From Nostoc sp. (GTDB taxonomy: Bacteria; Cyanobacteriota; Cyanobacteriia; Cyanobacteriales; Nostocaceae), in the NCBI GenBank assembly GCA_036918135.1, contig JBALDB010000060.1, forward strand, positions 2,045 to 66,044: a stretch of DNA of 64,000 bases, written 5' to 3'. The translations under genes and the position numbers were made by a program. This document shows positions 48,871-59,592 of this stretch, piece by piece (position 1 is the first letter of the stretch; each line of letters begins with the position of its first letter). A model generated the notes under the pieces. That model saw only the letters and a program-made list of their open reading frames with translations, had not been told where the DNA came from and searched no databases.

Positions 48871-49842
48871 TTACAAATGATTATCAGCCCTTTTCATTCT
48901 GTTAATTTCGCGTTGTAATTCTTCAATTTGACGGCGCAAAGCTTCTTTTTCATTTTCGGAAGCTTCAGCGGGAACATTTACGGCTCCTGAAGCAGGCGAT
49001 CGCTTGTAGTTTCCTCGGCGAATTTGCTGATATTCTTCTGATACTGCCCACTCTCGTAAGTAATGCAAGCGTTCCACAGCAAAAGGATGAGTTGGGATTT
49101 CACCTTGAAACCCAGTATATATTAAGAGTTTATACACTTGATTGAGTCCATCTTCATCGAGTGCTTGATAATTTTCAGACTGCTTAATAAATTCTTGTAA
49201 ACTGCATTCATTGGCATATTTGATACTACCGCCCGTGACTTTCATCATCGAAGTCATCACAGAATTTAAGTCATCCATTACTAATAAAGCGGCGCGATCT
49301 GAGGATAACTCGGCTTTACGTCGCCATTCATAAAAGGCAAGCAACAAGCCTTGACTAACAAAATCACCAATACCAAAGGTTAATTCGCCAACTCTAGAAG
49401 CGACATTCCTCACCCATATCGCCATTTGAATTAAAATAGTATGACCACATTTAATGTGCCCCAGTTCATGGGCTAGCACCGCCCTAATTTCGGCTTCGTT
49501 TAGTAAGTCTAATACCCCTGTATTTATGACTATGTAAGGATGCTCTTGTCCGAGTGCGTAACTATTAGCTTGGGAATTTTGCTCAACAAACAGTGCAGGT
49601 TCTGGATAAATGTCCAAATCTCGCACGCATTCCCGAAAAATCTGGTAAATAGTGGAATATTGGCGCGGCCCGACTTGGATGGTGTTGCCCATTAAATAAA
49701 TTAACTGAGGGCGTTCAGCGAAAAATTCTACAAATTTACGGGCCAAAAAATCAAATCCTGGTAAATTACGTAAAGCTTGCTCGGCTTGGCTATCCAGTGG
49801 ATGCCTAAAGGCTTCGCTGGAAATTCCTGTGTAGGTTGGCAT
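48871..49842 (-). CDS. M48 family zinc metallopeptidase
   Basis: HPLD, ANSYALG, AHELGHIK, RKAELSSDRA, THPFAVER. Confidence 0.93.
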   Translation of the reverse strand: MPTYTGISSEAFRHPLDSQAEQALRNLPGFDFLARKFVEFFAERPQLIYLMGNTIQVGPRQYSTIYQIFRECVRDLDIYPEPALFVEQNSQANSYALGQEHPYIVINTGVLDLLNEAEIRAVLAHELGHIKCGHTILIQMAIWVRNVASRVGELTFGIGDFVSQGLLLAFYEWRRKAELSSDRAALLVMDDLNSVMTSMMKVTGGSIKYANECSLQEFIKQSENYQALDEDGLNQVYKLLIYTGFQGEIPTHPFAVERLHYLREWAVSEEYQQIRRGNYKRSPASGAVNVPAEASENEKEALRRQIEELQREINRMKRADNHL

Positions 49843-49864
49843 AATAATTTAGGTAATTAGTGAT

Positions 49865-49906
49865 TGGTCATTGGTCATTAGTCATTGGTCATTAGTCATT
49901 AGTCAT
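49865..49906. repeat. STRR heptamer T(G/A)GTCAT x6
   Basis: Direct reading. Confidence 0.9.
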
Positions 49907-49959
49907 TAGTTTTGGATAAAGAACAAATGACAAAGCGCAAAATAAGATTGCTTACTCCT

Positions 49960-50151
49960 TGTCTACGAGACGTTACGCGAACCCAGAAGCAAGCAAGGCA
50001 AAGTGTCTCGTAGAGAGGTTGCCTGCACAAACACCCGTGGGCGGCTTGCCTGAGGCATCAGACGCCACTGAAGGAGCCACCAGACCCTGGTTGAGCAGTG
50101 GCTCAACCGCAGTTCCTTTAAGTGGGGTTCCCCCGCCAACGGACTGCCTCA
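49960..50151. repeat. Composite cluster of small palindromic repeats
   Basis: TCTACGAGAC (49962)/GTCTCGTAGA (50005); TGAGGCA (50051)/TGCCTCA (50145); GGTTGAGC-agtg-GCTCAACC (50089-50108). Confidence 0.75.
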
Positions 50152-50255
50152 AGTTTGTAAGAGAGGACAAATTACAAGTGACTAATGACAAAGGACAACA
50201 TAATAGAAATGGGGCTTTGTTCGTAAAAGTCACTTTGTTATGGGATTAAAAGCGT

Positions 50256-51809
50256 GTGATTGAGGCAGAAGTTCATTTGTCACTACATAACTTTTTGCGA
50301 TCGCAGGCGGGGTTCCCTTCCTGGCCTCATCATTTGACGATGGCACGGTTGGTAGCACGCGCCTTGCGCCTTGAACGTAGCGCCCTGATTCAAGTAGGGG
50401 CGGTTTGTGGCTATCAAGGACGATATCGTACCAGTTTCGTAGCATCAGCCTTGATGTGGCATGGGCCTGTAATTATTGTTGCTCAAGAAACTGTGCAACA
50501 ACTGCTGTTGCGGGTGGAAATTCCTCGCCTACAGCAATGGCTACCAGCCAACAAACCGATTAGGACTGGTGACGCATGGCCTGATGCCCAGTTCCAAGGG
50601 CTACTGTTGACTACCCCAGAAGCTTGGTTAAAAGGACAGTTTGATGGCGATCGCTTTCCCCAAGGTATTCCTACAATTATTGATGGAGTAGACGATCTCG
50701 AAGATTGGGTGCGTCATCAGCTCACCCAAGAAATTCAACCCCATGATTGGGATCAACTCATGCTAGCTTGCCCACACCAAGCTGAGGCAATTCGCGAAGC
50801 ACGGATACAACTGACACACGAACTTTTTCAGCATCCTGCTAATCCCTATGAGTGCTATCTCATCTCTGGGACAGAAATAGACCTTTTAAGCCGTCTTTAT
50901 TCTACTTTAGACCTCGGTAATCTCCCAGATAGTTGGAAAAATTTCTGGCAACAATTTCAAAGCCGCGACGAAAATCTTTCTCCTAGTGCATCCCCTGCCC
51001 TCTTCTGGGCAACTATTGCTCGTCGCCAAGGTTTATTTTCTTTACATTACGCCCCAATGGAATTAGGAAAAATACTTTCCCCCATTTGGCAGCGACAACC
51101 AGTAGTTTTAATTGGCAGTGCCATAGAACCAGAAACTGAAGCTCCCCTTTTCCGTCAGCGTCTCGGTTTGGACAATGTAACTTGCCTAAAATTTTCTTCG
51201 GAGAGTCAAACCGAAGCAATTCAACTGTATGTACCCTATAAATTACCCCTACCTAATACACCAGAATTTCAAGCGGCATTCATTCACAAAGTCCGCACTC
51301 TGGTTTGTCTTAGTGCTACAGCACCGGGATTAACTCTGATCTTGGTGGGCGATGTCCCACTCAAGTCCCAAGTCGGGGCAATTTTGGCCTCAGAGTTTGG
51401 TTCGCGGGTGCAGGTAGAAAAAACTTGTTTAGATGAAAATGGTATTTTAATCAGCGGTTGGGAATTTTGGCGGGAACATCAGCGAGTCTTGCCTGCACCC
51501 CAGCTGTTAATTATTGCGACTTTGCCGCTACCATCTTTAGAAAATCCCTTAGTGGCTGGCAGAGTTGCTCGCTATAAGCGATCGCATCAAGATTGGTTCC
51601 GTTTATACTTATTGCCAACCGCCTTGAATGAATTACAAAGAGCGATCGCTCCAGTGCGAGAAAGTCAAGGTATTGTTGCTTTACTTGATAGTCGTGTAGT
51701 TAACCGCAGCTACGGCGCTCAAATTCTTGCTGCTTTAAGTCCCCTAGCACGCATTAACTATCTCGATCCCAGTCTGTTTTCTAATACAGATGAAGAAAAT
51801 TCGGCTTAA
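50256..51809 (+). CDS. Cyanobacterial DinG-like helicase family protein (helicase_C_2), degenerate motifs
   Basis: WPHHLTMARLVARAL N-terminus; C-terminal LIIATLPLP..P, LQRAIAPVR..GIVALLDSRV..YG. Confidence 0.8.
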   Translation: MIEAEVHLSLHNFLRSQAGFPSWPHHLTMARLVARALRLERSALIQVGAVCGYQGRYRTSFVASALMWHGPVIIVAQETVQQLLLRVEIPRLQQWLPANKPIRTGDAWPDAQFQGLLLTTPEAWLKGQFDGDRFPQGIPTIIDGVDDLEDWVRHQLTQEIQPHDWDQLMLACPHQAEAIREARIQLTHELFQHPANPYECYLISGTEIDLLSRLYSTLDLGNLPDSWKNFWQQFQSRDENLSPSASPALFWATIARRQGLFSLHYAPMELGKILSPIWQRQPVVLIGSAIEPETEAPLFRQRLGLDNVTCLKFSSESQTEAIQLYVPYKLPLPNTPEFQAAFIHKVRTLVCLSATAPGLTLILVGDVPLKSQVGAILASEFGSRVQVEKTCLDENGILISGWEFWREHQRVLPAPQLLIIATLPLPSLENPLVAGRVARYKRSHQDWFRLYLLPTALNELQRAIAPVRESQGIVALLDSRVVNRSYGAQILAALSPLARINYLDPSLFSNTDEENSA

Positions 51810-52160
51810 GGGGATTGGAGATTAGAAAGTGGGGACTGGGGATGAGAGATTAGGGAGATGAGATAAGAATAATAACTCCTCAGTTGGCAATAGAGTGTTG
51901 GGGGTAGGGTATGGCTGAGTGTGAAGACGGCACGTTTTCGCAGCTTGGAACTCCGACATGAAGCTACCTCCTAGAAGGATAAGGACTTGTCAAGAGTGAG
52001 TTGTTTGGATTATCTCTTCCCCCATACCCCATACCCCACACCCTACATCCTGCCCCAACGAGGCTTAGTCAACAGTCAACACTCCCCATACCTAATTGTC
52101 TATAACCACAATTCCTGGCAAGATTAAAGTTAGAACCTAAGTTGATTTCAATTGCTGATT

Positions 52161-52376
52161 ATGGGTGAAGCAAAGCGTCGCAAAACCGCACTTGGGGAAG
52201 CATACGGTCAAGAAACTCGTATCTTGCCTTGGATTCCAATCACAAAAACTCAAGCGCAATTATTTATTAGTTGGACTACTCGTGGTGCCTGGATAGGTAT
52301 TGGTGTCATGGCTGCTGCATGGCTAACCATCCGTTTTATCGGCCCCGCTTTTGGTTGGTGGGAAGTAGTTTCTTAA
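52161..52376 (+). CDS. DUF2839 family protein
   Basis: MGEAKRRK start, PWIPIT, WLTIRFIGPAFGWW. Confidence 0.9.
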   Translation: MGEAKRRKTALGEAYGQETRILPWIPITKTQAQLFISWTTRGAWIGIGVMAAAWLTIRFIGPAFGWWEVVS

Positions 52377-52382
52377 CAACTA

Positions 52383-52661
52383 TTAAGTGTTTTTAACACC
52401 AGCTAAAATTAATGCGATCGCTTCTTGAGAGTGTTGCTCTAACATTGCTGGACTCAGAAACGGCTTGTCTTGAGGATAATGCTGAGTATTTCCCATACCA
52501 ATAAAGTAAAACAAGCAAGTTCCCATAATATTAATCGCTGATTGTAAGGGATCGAGTTGGCGAAATGCACCTGTGGCGATCCCTTTTTTTAAAATTTTGA
52601 CTAATACTTTGTCAATACTCACAGAAGTACTGCGTTTGTAATGTTGCCCTTGATTTTGCAT
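52383..52661 (-). pseudogene. TetR-family regulator C-terminal fragment
   Basis: ILKKGIATGAFRQLDP..AINIMGTCLFYF ligand-domain pattern; in-frame TGA three codons upstream of the ATG and no HTH recognisable in any upstream frame. Confidence 0.7.
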
Positions 52662-53555
52662 TTGATTGCGTCAAAAACAGGCACACCAGCAGAGTGGAAA
52701 AGTTGTACCGACCACAAGCAGGGGGTTTATACCAAAAATCTTTTTTCTCCTGTACCTCTCTACTTCTTGTCTTGTAAAAAAACTCGTCCTCTACTCGAAG
52801 ACCGATCCCCTATTCCTTGCCTATCGAGCTTCGCACACCACGCTGTAAGAGTTCAAAAATCAAAGCAGATTAATATGGCTGAAAATGTTGCCATTTAGGC
52901 AACATTATTTTTCTAAGTTTAGGTATTGTCAGTGTTGAGTTTATCTATTCTGAATTCCACACTCAGACCAATCTATTACCTACGTAAATTTAGTCTGTAA
53001 ATTTACATTATTCTGCAATTTACTACTTAATTTAGCAATTGCACTCTTATCTGCTCAAATATATATAGTTATGAGGAACAAATTTGGTATATCTAATAGT
53101 CTGTGCATACCAAAATCTACGTTAGAAATAGAACAGATTAAATATGCAAGCAAGAGTGACTATAACCGCGCAAAACTACGTTAGGCTGTGTATTGGCTGC
53201 AAATTATATCTGCACATCGTTAAAAATAACGCGATATGTAGCTTTTCTGTAGTTGACTAGTTGTAGATTTGAGTTACTCTTAAAGCGATCCCGTCGTGTA
53301 GGAATTTACCTTCACGCAACTGTACAAAGTCATAAGTTAAATTTAACAATTCTGTCCCAGATTTTGAACTTCCAAACTGAATAGTTTGATACGACGCTCA
53401 AAACGCTAATGCTCTACCCTAAACAAGGTAGTTAACTAACGACTCAATATCATCTGTCTAGTAATTGTAATGAATAGTTTACAATACCAGTGGATGGGAA
53501 AATCTAAAGAAAATATAAAAGTGACTCAAATGACTGTGGTGTCTGGAGGACTAAA

Positions 53556-53900
53556 GTGTTTCTGAGACTAGCACATCAACATCGACAATTCGTCCAAGAC
53601 TTGGTAATGAACTTGCAAGCCTTGGCGATTGTATTAGAGCGGCGTGGGTATCCTGCGTCCTGTTACACCTGTGGCGACCAAATGAATAGCGCCTCGTTTA
53701 TGGTTAGCTTGGGTGATAACCATCTAATTCGGTTTTTAGTGTCCGATTATGGGATTACTTGGACAGAAATGCGGGATGACCGCGAATTAATGAAGTTAGA
53801 GGGTGCGGAAGCAATTAATCAGTTACAAGAGTTGGCTAATCTTGTCAAGCAATCTATGCAAACTGATACAGACTCCAAAACTCTGGCTAAGAACTGTTAA
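53556..53900 (+). CDS. DUF1815 family protein
   Basis: MFLRLAHQHRQFVQDLVM..GYPASCYTCG..LIRFLVSDYGITWTE; SD GGAGG. Confidence 0.9.
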   Translation: MFLRLAHQHRQFVQDLVMNLQALAIVLERRGYPASCYTCGDQMNSASFMVSLGDNHLIRFLVSDYGITWTEMRDDRELMKLEGAEAINQLQELANLVKQSMQTDTDSKTLAKNC

Positions 53901-54321
53901 GGTTCCAAAGGTAGATAGCAAATTACAAATTGATTTTTAGTAACTGGTAATCGGTAATAGCGGCTTGGTTAGCGATCGCTGATTACTCATTCTCAGTTAC
54001 ATTAAGCGATCGGCTGGTGGTTAGTCCCTCGCATATTTTTTGTATCTACCAAAACTTCACTAATGAAATTTTCAGCCTTGAGCTATTTAAGTGTTAAGAT
54101 GCACCGCACTTAGAGGTAGCAAAAATGGCTGCTGATTGCTACATGTTCGCTCTAGCAGCGTGTACGTGTCGTGCTGAATATAAAAAGCGATCGCTCCTGT
54201 TGTGGTCAAATCTCATCAAAGCGCGATTGATATACTAAGGGACTGATAAATAAAAAATATCCTAGTGTTCACACTCAACTGTCAACAACTTGATACAGGA
54301 TAATTTATTTCTTGGAGTTCC

Positions 54322-56415
54322 CTAAAGTCCGTTGCCAATTAAAATAAAAGGTGCCCAGTAGTAGGGATGACTAAAGTTACTAACTGACGTTGCAGGTGCA
54401 TTGTCATTTTTTGCCTGCGATCCACTAATTAATGAGATTTGGGCTTGTCGTAGGGCTTGAGTTTTAGTCAACTTCTCAGAAGAGAGAATATTGTAAAAAG
54501 CGCTCATTAGTGCTTGTGTACCACCATCATCCACAGACCATAACGAGGCGATCGCGGCTTTAGCGCCGGTTTGTTGCATCTGATAGCCAAAGCCCAAAAT
54601 TTCCTTACCGTTACCCAACTTGCCTCCCAAGCCGGTTTCACACGCACTCAGTACTACTAAATCCACATTCGGGAGTGACCAAGTAGAGACATTTCTAAAG
54701 TTAACGCGATCGCCATTCCCGAATAAAATAAATGAATCTTCTGGTTTACCTACCACAAAGGCTGCATGAGTTGCTAAATGGACAATTGTATAATCATCCA
54801 TTTGGGGTACAGCGACTCTGGGGCTAAAGGCATCGTTTAAAAGCTTCTTAGTTTCAGGAACCGCCGCAGCTAAGCTGTCTACTTCCTGCGTTGCAAATGG
54901 CAAACCAGCAAAAGCAACTTGGCGATTACCAACTTGGATTCGATAATTACCTTTAGTAAAAGCGCCTGCTAAAACCCGCAAGGTTGATTGTTTTGGAGTA
55001 TTTAAGTTAGTCAAGCTAGCAGATGTAATGTGATTCACACTAAACTGCTCCACTAACCAATTTTTACCATCATATAAAGCGGTTAAAGGAATGTAACGTA
55101 ATTGGTCATCTGGAGCATAAATCAGAGTTTGTGTACCTGAGAGTTTCAGGTCTTTTTCTATTGGTTTAATCAGCCAGTTATATAATTGGCGTGCAGGTGC
55201 TTTGATATTTTGACTGGGATTGATTAAAGCTTGGCGGAAATCCCCAATTGTTTGATAGAGATTTTCGCTTGTCACAGTAACAGTGCGATGAATTGGTGGA
55301 GAATCGGGAGTTACTAATACCAATTCCAAGCTATCTTTTAAAATTAATGGATAGAGTAGTGCAGATTTTTGGGGCAATCGCGCCAAATTATTCCGAACTT
55401 GATTGAGACTTTCTAAATCTAAATTTTGCTGCCTAGCGGTACGGCTAATTTGTTCTATCTGCGCCCTCACAGGAGGACTATCAAGAAATTTATTAAATTC
55501 ATCTAGGAGTTGCTGTTGATTTAATACTAACTGTTCGATGCGTTGTTTTTGTTGTGGCGATCGCTCTTGAGGAGAAATTTTTCGGAGTTTTGTGAGTTCT
55601 TTACCGAGTACAACAGCATTATCTAAAGTTCGATCCAACTTTTGGGTAATTGGTTTTTCTTGTACCACTATATCAATGCCTTTAGCAGTACGTTGATTTC
55701 CTGGCACATTTTGGAGATACTCTTCTAATTCTTCGACTTTGAGTAAATCCATTATCCGTTGCGCTTCCGGAGTTCGTTCCTGTTTGAGTAATCGTTCACT
55801 CAAAAAGCGATATGTCTGACTAACAGTTATGCTATAAGCATCTGGTTGTCGTGCAGTCAGGGTTGATGGATTCAAACGAGCTTTCTCACGATTAATCACA
55901 CAGCGCTTGTAGAAAAGAATTGCTAACTCTGGTTGGTTTTGAATATCGAATAAGTAACCCATGTTACTGTATGTTTTGCCAAGTCGAACGAGATCCCCAA
56001 GTTCTTTATTAATAAATACGGCTTGCTGATAAGATTGGAGTGCTTCAGAATACTTTTTTTGACTTTGGTATACTCTGCCGATATTATTGAATGTTATAGC
56101 TTCCCAAGAACGCTCTCCAATTTCTCTACTGATAACTAATGCTTTTTCTAATCTTTGCAATGCTTGTTGTGATTCACCTTGCTGAGATTGTTTTATAGCC
56201 TCTTGATTGAGCCTTTCAATTTCTGAGAGTTGATTATTCTGGGGTAAAGCTTGAGCTTTTTCTCCAAAATCTGTAGACGCACAGCGGCTTGTCGTCAGGC
56301 ATGGTAACTTTGTATTTCTACTTACTTGGTTATTTTTTGGGTAGGCCATCCCAAAACCTACTAAACTAAGTAGAGTTAAAGTCACAACACTAAAATACCG
56401 GAGATTAGGCCGCAT
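54322..56415 (-). CDS. Exported TPR + CHAT (caspase-like) domain protein
   Basis: Signal-like N-terminus, TPR repeats, CHAT motifs LRYIPLTAL, VHLATH, LVVLSACETG, SLWSVDD, HPYYWAPFILIG. Confidence 0.93.
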   Translation of the reverse strand: MRPNLRYFSVVTLTLLSLVGFGMAYPKNNQVSRNTKLPCLTTSRCASTDFGEKAQALPQNNQLSEIERLNQEAIKQSQQGESQQALQRLEKALVISREIGERSWEAITFNNIGRVYQSQKKYSEALQSYQQAVFINKELGDLVRLGKTYSNMGYLFDIQNQPELAILFYKRCVINREKARLNPSTLTARQPDAYSITVSQTYRFLSERLLKQERTPEAQRIMDLLKVEELEEYLQNVPGNQRTAKGIDIVVQEKPITQKLDRTLDNAVVLGKELTKLRKISPQERSPQQKQRIEQLVLNQQQLLDEFNKFLDSPPVRAQIEQISRTARQQNLDLESLNQVRNNLARLPQKSALLYPLILKDSLELVLVTPDSPPIHRTVTVTSENLYQTIGDFRQALINPSQNIKAPARQLYNWLIKPIEKDLKLSGTQTLIYAPDDQLRYIPLTALYDGKNWLVEQFSVNHITSASLTNLNTPKQSTLRVLAGAFTKGNYRIQVGNRQVAFAGLPFATQEVDSLAAAVPETKKLLNDAFSPRVAVPQMDDYTIVHLATHAAFVVGKPEDSFILFGNGDRVNFRNVSTWSLPNVDLVVLSACETGLGGKLGNGKEILGFGYQMQQTGAKAAIASLWSVDDGGTQALMSAFYNILSSEKLTKTQALRQAQISLISGSQAKNDNAPATSVSNFSHPYYWAPFILIGNGL
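56272..56301 (-). repeat. Small dispersed repeat in frame inside the CHAT protein (encodes CLTTSRCAST)
   Basis: Minus strand TGCCTGACGACAAGCCGCTGTGCGTCTACA; homologous to 37897-37926. Confidence 0.75.
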
Positions 56416-56544
56416 AACAAAACACTCCCTATACTCGGAAGTGTAAATTTTAAATCAATAACTCCTGGAACGCAATTAATTTTTATACTATTCGATATTT
56501 AGATAATTTATAGATTGTAAAAATAAGTGTCTCCAAACTTGAAA

Positions 56545-57042
56545 ATGTCAGAAGAAAAACCCAACCAACCAAAATTACCACCAACCAGTGCTCTTGACAA
56601 TCCATCGAGTCATGCATTTAAGAACTGGTTTGAATATCCTGTAAGAGTGCAACCCCACCACACTGACTATGCAGGTAATGTATGGCACGGTTCCTATCTA
56701 GCTTGGATGGAAGAAGCACGGGTTGAATGCTTGCGATCTATCGGTATTGAATTTTCCGATTTAGTAGCTTTAGGTTGCGATTTACCAGTTGTAGAATTGT
56801 CAGTGCGCTATCATCGTTCAATTCTATTAGGTATGGCAGCAGTAGTAAAAACGCGCATGGCTGAAGTTACTGGTGTGCGGATCGATTGGGATTATGCCAT
56901 TGTCTCAACTGATGGACAACAATTATACGTCACAGCTAAGGTCACCTTAGTAGCTTTAGATCGCGAAAGAGGCAAGATTATGCGTCAGTTACCACCAAGT
57001 GTTAAGGATGCATTGGCTAAGATTTCAGCGTTGAATAATTGA
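56545..57042 (+). CDS. YbgC/FadM family acyl-CoA thioesterase
   Basis: VRVQPHHTDYAGNVWHGSYLAWMEEARVE hot-dog motif; start placed at ATG 56545. Confidence 0.9.
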   Translation: MSEEKPNQPKLPPTSALDNPSSHAFKNWFEYPVRVQPHHTDYAGNVWHGSYLAWMEEARVECLRSIGIEFSDLVALGCDLPVVELSVRYHRSILLGMAAVVKTRMAEVTGVRIDWDYAIVSTDGQQLYVTAKVTLVALDRERGKIMRQLPPSVKDALAKISALNN

Positions 57043-57122
57043 TAGACAAAGGTTGTAGATGAAAACTTTGTCTGTTTATGTTTGCGATTTATATTGATTA
57101 GTAAAAGTAAATTTTTAATTTT

Positions 57123-57341
57123 TTACTTGCCGTTTTGGATTTGGGAAATAGTTTGAGCAAACTGGGTTATGTGATGCCAAATATCTTGCGGAGTAATACC
57201 AAAACTGATATTTAATAAAATAAGGATTGCTGCAAGAGTTAATGCAGTACTTACGGTTGCTTTCAGCAACTTCCACAATATTATGAAGACAATCCAAGCT
57301 ACAATTAACGTAGCAATCATAATATATAAATTCCTTAACAA
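57123..57341 (-). CDS. Small membrane protein
   Basis: Two hydrophobic helices and a FGITPQDIW motif seen in small cyanobacterial membrane proteins. Confidence 0.7.
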   Translation of the reverse strand: MLRNLYIMIATLIVAWIVFIILWKLLKATVSTALTLAAILILLNISFGITPQDIWHHITQFAQTISQIQNGK

Positions 57342-57845
57342 GAGCCGTTATTTGAAAAGGTTTTATTCAGAAAAGTAAACTTTTATCTGAGTAACAATTA
57401 CTGATGCTAAAGCTGTTAGAGTAATTGCGAGTAGATACTAAAGCTCAGATTTTTTGTGTAACTGTGCCAATGCCATCTTACCTGAAAATCAGACAACAAT
57501 TCAGGTAAGAGGCAACTTATTTGGCAATTTGGCAGAATTCCTGAAAAGGTTTTTTATTGAAATTTCTGTATGAATAATTACAAGATACAAGAGTTATATT
57601 TTGGGAATGGCTGTAAGGGGTAATATCGAAAAAAGTAAGAGAGTTGAAAGCGATGGTATCAAAAGTCGGCTATATCCTTCAACTATAGAAAATAAATCAT
57701 TACCAGAACCGAGAAAGCTTTCTACAAAACCGTTGCAAGTTGCAGAAGTTAAGTGGGTGTTAATGCTAGAAATAATTAATCATCAGTGAGAACTTCAGAG
57801 CTGATAGCTGTTAGCCTTCAGAGATTACCAAGAAATAAGTTACTA

Positions 57846-57912
57846 CTTGTGGGGTGGACATCTTGTCCGCCCTTGCTGATATTACGGGCGGGCGAGACGC
57901 CCACTCCACAAG
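57846..57912. repeat. Imperfect 27-bp-arm palindromic repeat (MITE-like) inside a wider TTAGCCTTCAG/CTGAAGGCTAA inverted pair
   Basis: CTTGTGGGGTGGACATCTTGTCCGCCC vs GGGCGGGCGAGACGCCCACTCCACAAG; outer pair at 57811-57821 and 57933-57943. Confidence 0.8.
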
Positions 57913-57999
57913 AAAAGTTGATCGGCATTAGACTGAAGGCTAAGCCAGAATTAGTCAAGAGCTAGAAAATGCGCCTTTTGGGTATTTGAGTAAAGGTTT

Positions 58000-59196
58000 T
58001 TATCGCAGAGAAATTATCCGCGAGTTAGTTTCTAACTTTTCAGTTGCACTTAAAACTTCTTGTCTTGCCCATTTATCTGCTGCCAAAATATCATCTAAAG
58101 AGGGATTTGCACGGTTATCATTTTGATGGCGATCGCACACCCATTCGATACACCGAGGAATATCTAAAAAGCGAATTTTTTCTGATAAAAATAAAGCCAC
58201 AGCTTGTTCGTTTGCAGCATTCAACACAGCAGGCATCGAACCGCCAGCTTTACCCACAGCATAAGCTAATTTCATACAAGGATACTTCTGGTGGTCTGGT
58301 TCGCGGAAGGTTAAATTTCCAGCTTTCACCAAATCTAAGCGTTCCCAGTCGGTATAAATGCGATCGGGCCAAGATAAAGCATACAGTAAAGGTAAGCGCA
58401 TATCTGGCCAACCGAGTTGGGCTAAAACTGAAGTATCTTGCAGTTCAATCAGCGAGTGAATAATACTCTGGGGATGAATGACAATTTCGATATCGTCATA
58501 ATCCAAGCCAAACAAAAAGTGAGCTTCAATTACTTCCAGTCCTTTATTCATCAAAGTAGCAGAGTCTACTGTGATTTTCCGCCCCATCGACCAATTGGGA
58601 TGTTTCAAAGCATCAGCAACAGTCACTTCTGCTAACTTTTCTACATCCCAATCCCGAAAAGCCCCACCCGATGCAGTCAATAAAATCCGCCGCAAACCCT
58701 TTTTTGGTACACCTTGTAAGCACTGAAATATCGCTGAATGTTCAGAATCGGCAGGTAGTAATTTTACACCATGCTTTTCCACTAAGGGTAGAACCACGGG
58801 GCCGCCAGCAATTAGAGTTTCCTTGTTTGCCAAGGCAATATCTTTACCAGCTTCAATAGCTGCGATTGTTGGTAACAAACCAGCACAACCCACGATTCCC
58901 GTGACAACCGTTTGGGCTTCGCCGTAGCGGGCGACTTCTACCACTCCAGCCTCGCCAGCCAATAAAATCGGTTGGGGATCGAGGTCTTTAATGGCTTCTT
59001 TGAGTGCTGGCAATTTCTCTTCTGAGCAAATTGCTGCTATTTTCGGTCGAAACTGCCGAATTTGAGCAGCGAACATTTCCACATTGCGCCCAGCTGCCAA
59101 TCCCACAATCCGAAATCGATCTGGGTACTGACTAACAATATCTAAAGTCTGAGTCCCAATAGAACCAGTAGAACCAACAAGAGTAATCGCTTTCAC
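58000..59196 (-). CDS. dxr: 1-deoxy-D-xylulose 5-phosphate reductoisomerase
   Basis: [60 protein letters not shown]. Confidence 0.99.
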   Translation of the reverse strand: MKAITLVGSTGSIGTQTLDIVSQYPDRFRIVGLAAGRNVEMFAAQIRQFRPKIAAICSEEKLPALKEAIKDLDPQPILLAGEAGVVEVARYGEAQTVVTGIVGCAGLLPTIAAIEAGKDIALANKETLIAGGPVVLPLVEKHGVKLLPADSEHSAIFQCLQGVPKKGLRRILLTASGGAFRDWDVEKLAEVTVADALKHPNWSMGRKITVDSATLMNKGLEVIEAHFLFGLDYDDIEIVIHPQSIIHSLIELQDTSVLAQLGWPDMRLPLLYALSWPDRIYTDWERLDLVKAGNLTFREPDHQKYPCMKLAYAVGKAGGSMPAVLNAANEQAVALFLSEKIRFLDIPRCIEWVCDRHQNDNRANPSLDDILAADKWARQEVLSATEKLETNSRIISLR

Positions 59197-59294
59197 AATA
59201 TATTTAAGGATTTACAGATAACTCTCAATATAAATTGCTGAGGACTCTTTGGTAATAGCGATCGCCATAATCGATACACTAACAAGGAGTGGCA

Positions 59295-59342
59295 AGATGT
59301 GGTTGACTTGACGGTAGTCGAAACTCACCAACCGGGAGATGG
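59295..59342. repeat. Short copy of the 15206-15308 dispersed repeat
   Basis: AGATGTGGTT(C)GACTTG..CGGT..GTCGAAACTCACCAACCGGGAGATGG shared by both copies. Confidence 0.8.
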
Positions 59343-59592
59343 AGAGATAAGGAAAATAACTAATGCCCAATGAGAAAATTTGTATTGATAAATACGATAT
59401 GTTTAAATATGAATGCTGAGAAATTGCCAAAAAGAAGCAAAAGAGAAAATATTCTTTAGTAATTGGCGATTTGTTCTGTTTATTACTCGATGGTGGTGGA
59501 GGATTGAATATGCAATATCTTACTCATAAACTACTGAGATGTATTCATAGATAAGAGGATGGAAAAAGTAGTATTTTGAAATACTCAAGTCT

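Noticed and set aside
48495-48918. Five overlapping ORFs of 73-106 aa
   Set aside because: All are translations of the inverted STRR tracts between two real genes.
49959-50445. Short ORFs upstream of and antisense to the helicase-like gene
   Set aside because: Derived from palindromic repeat DNA or antisense to a real CDS.
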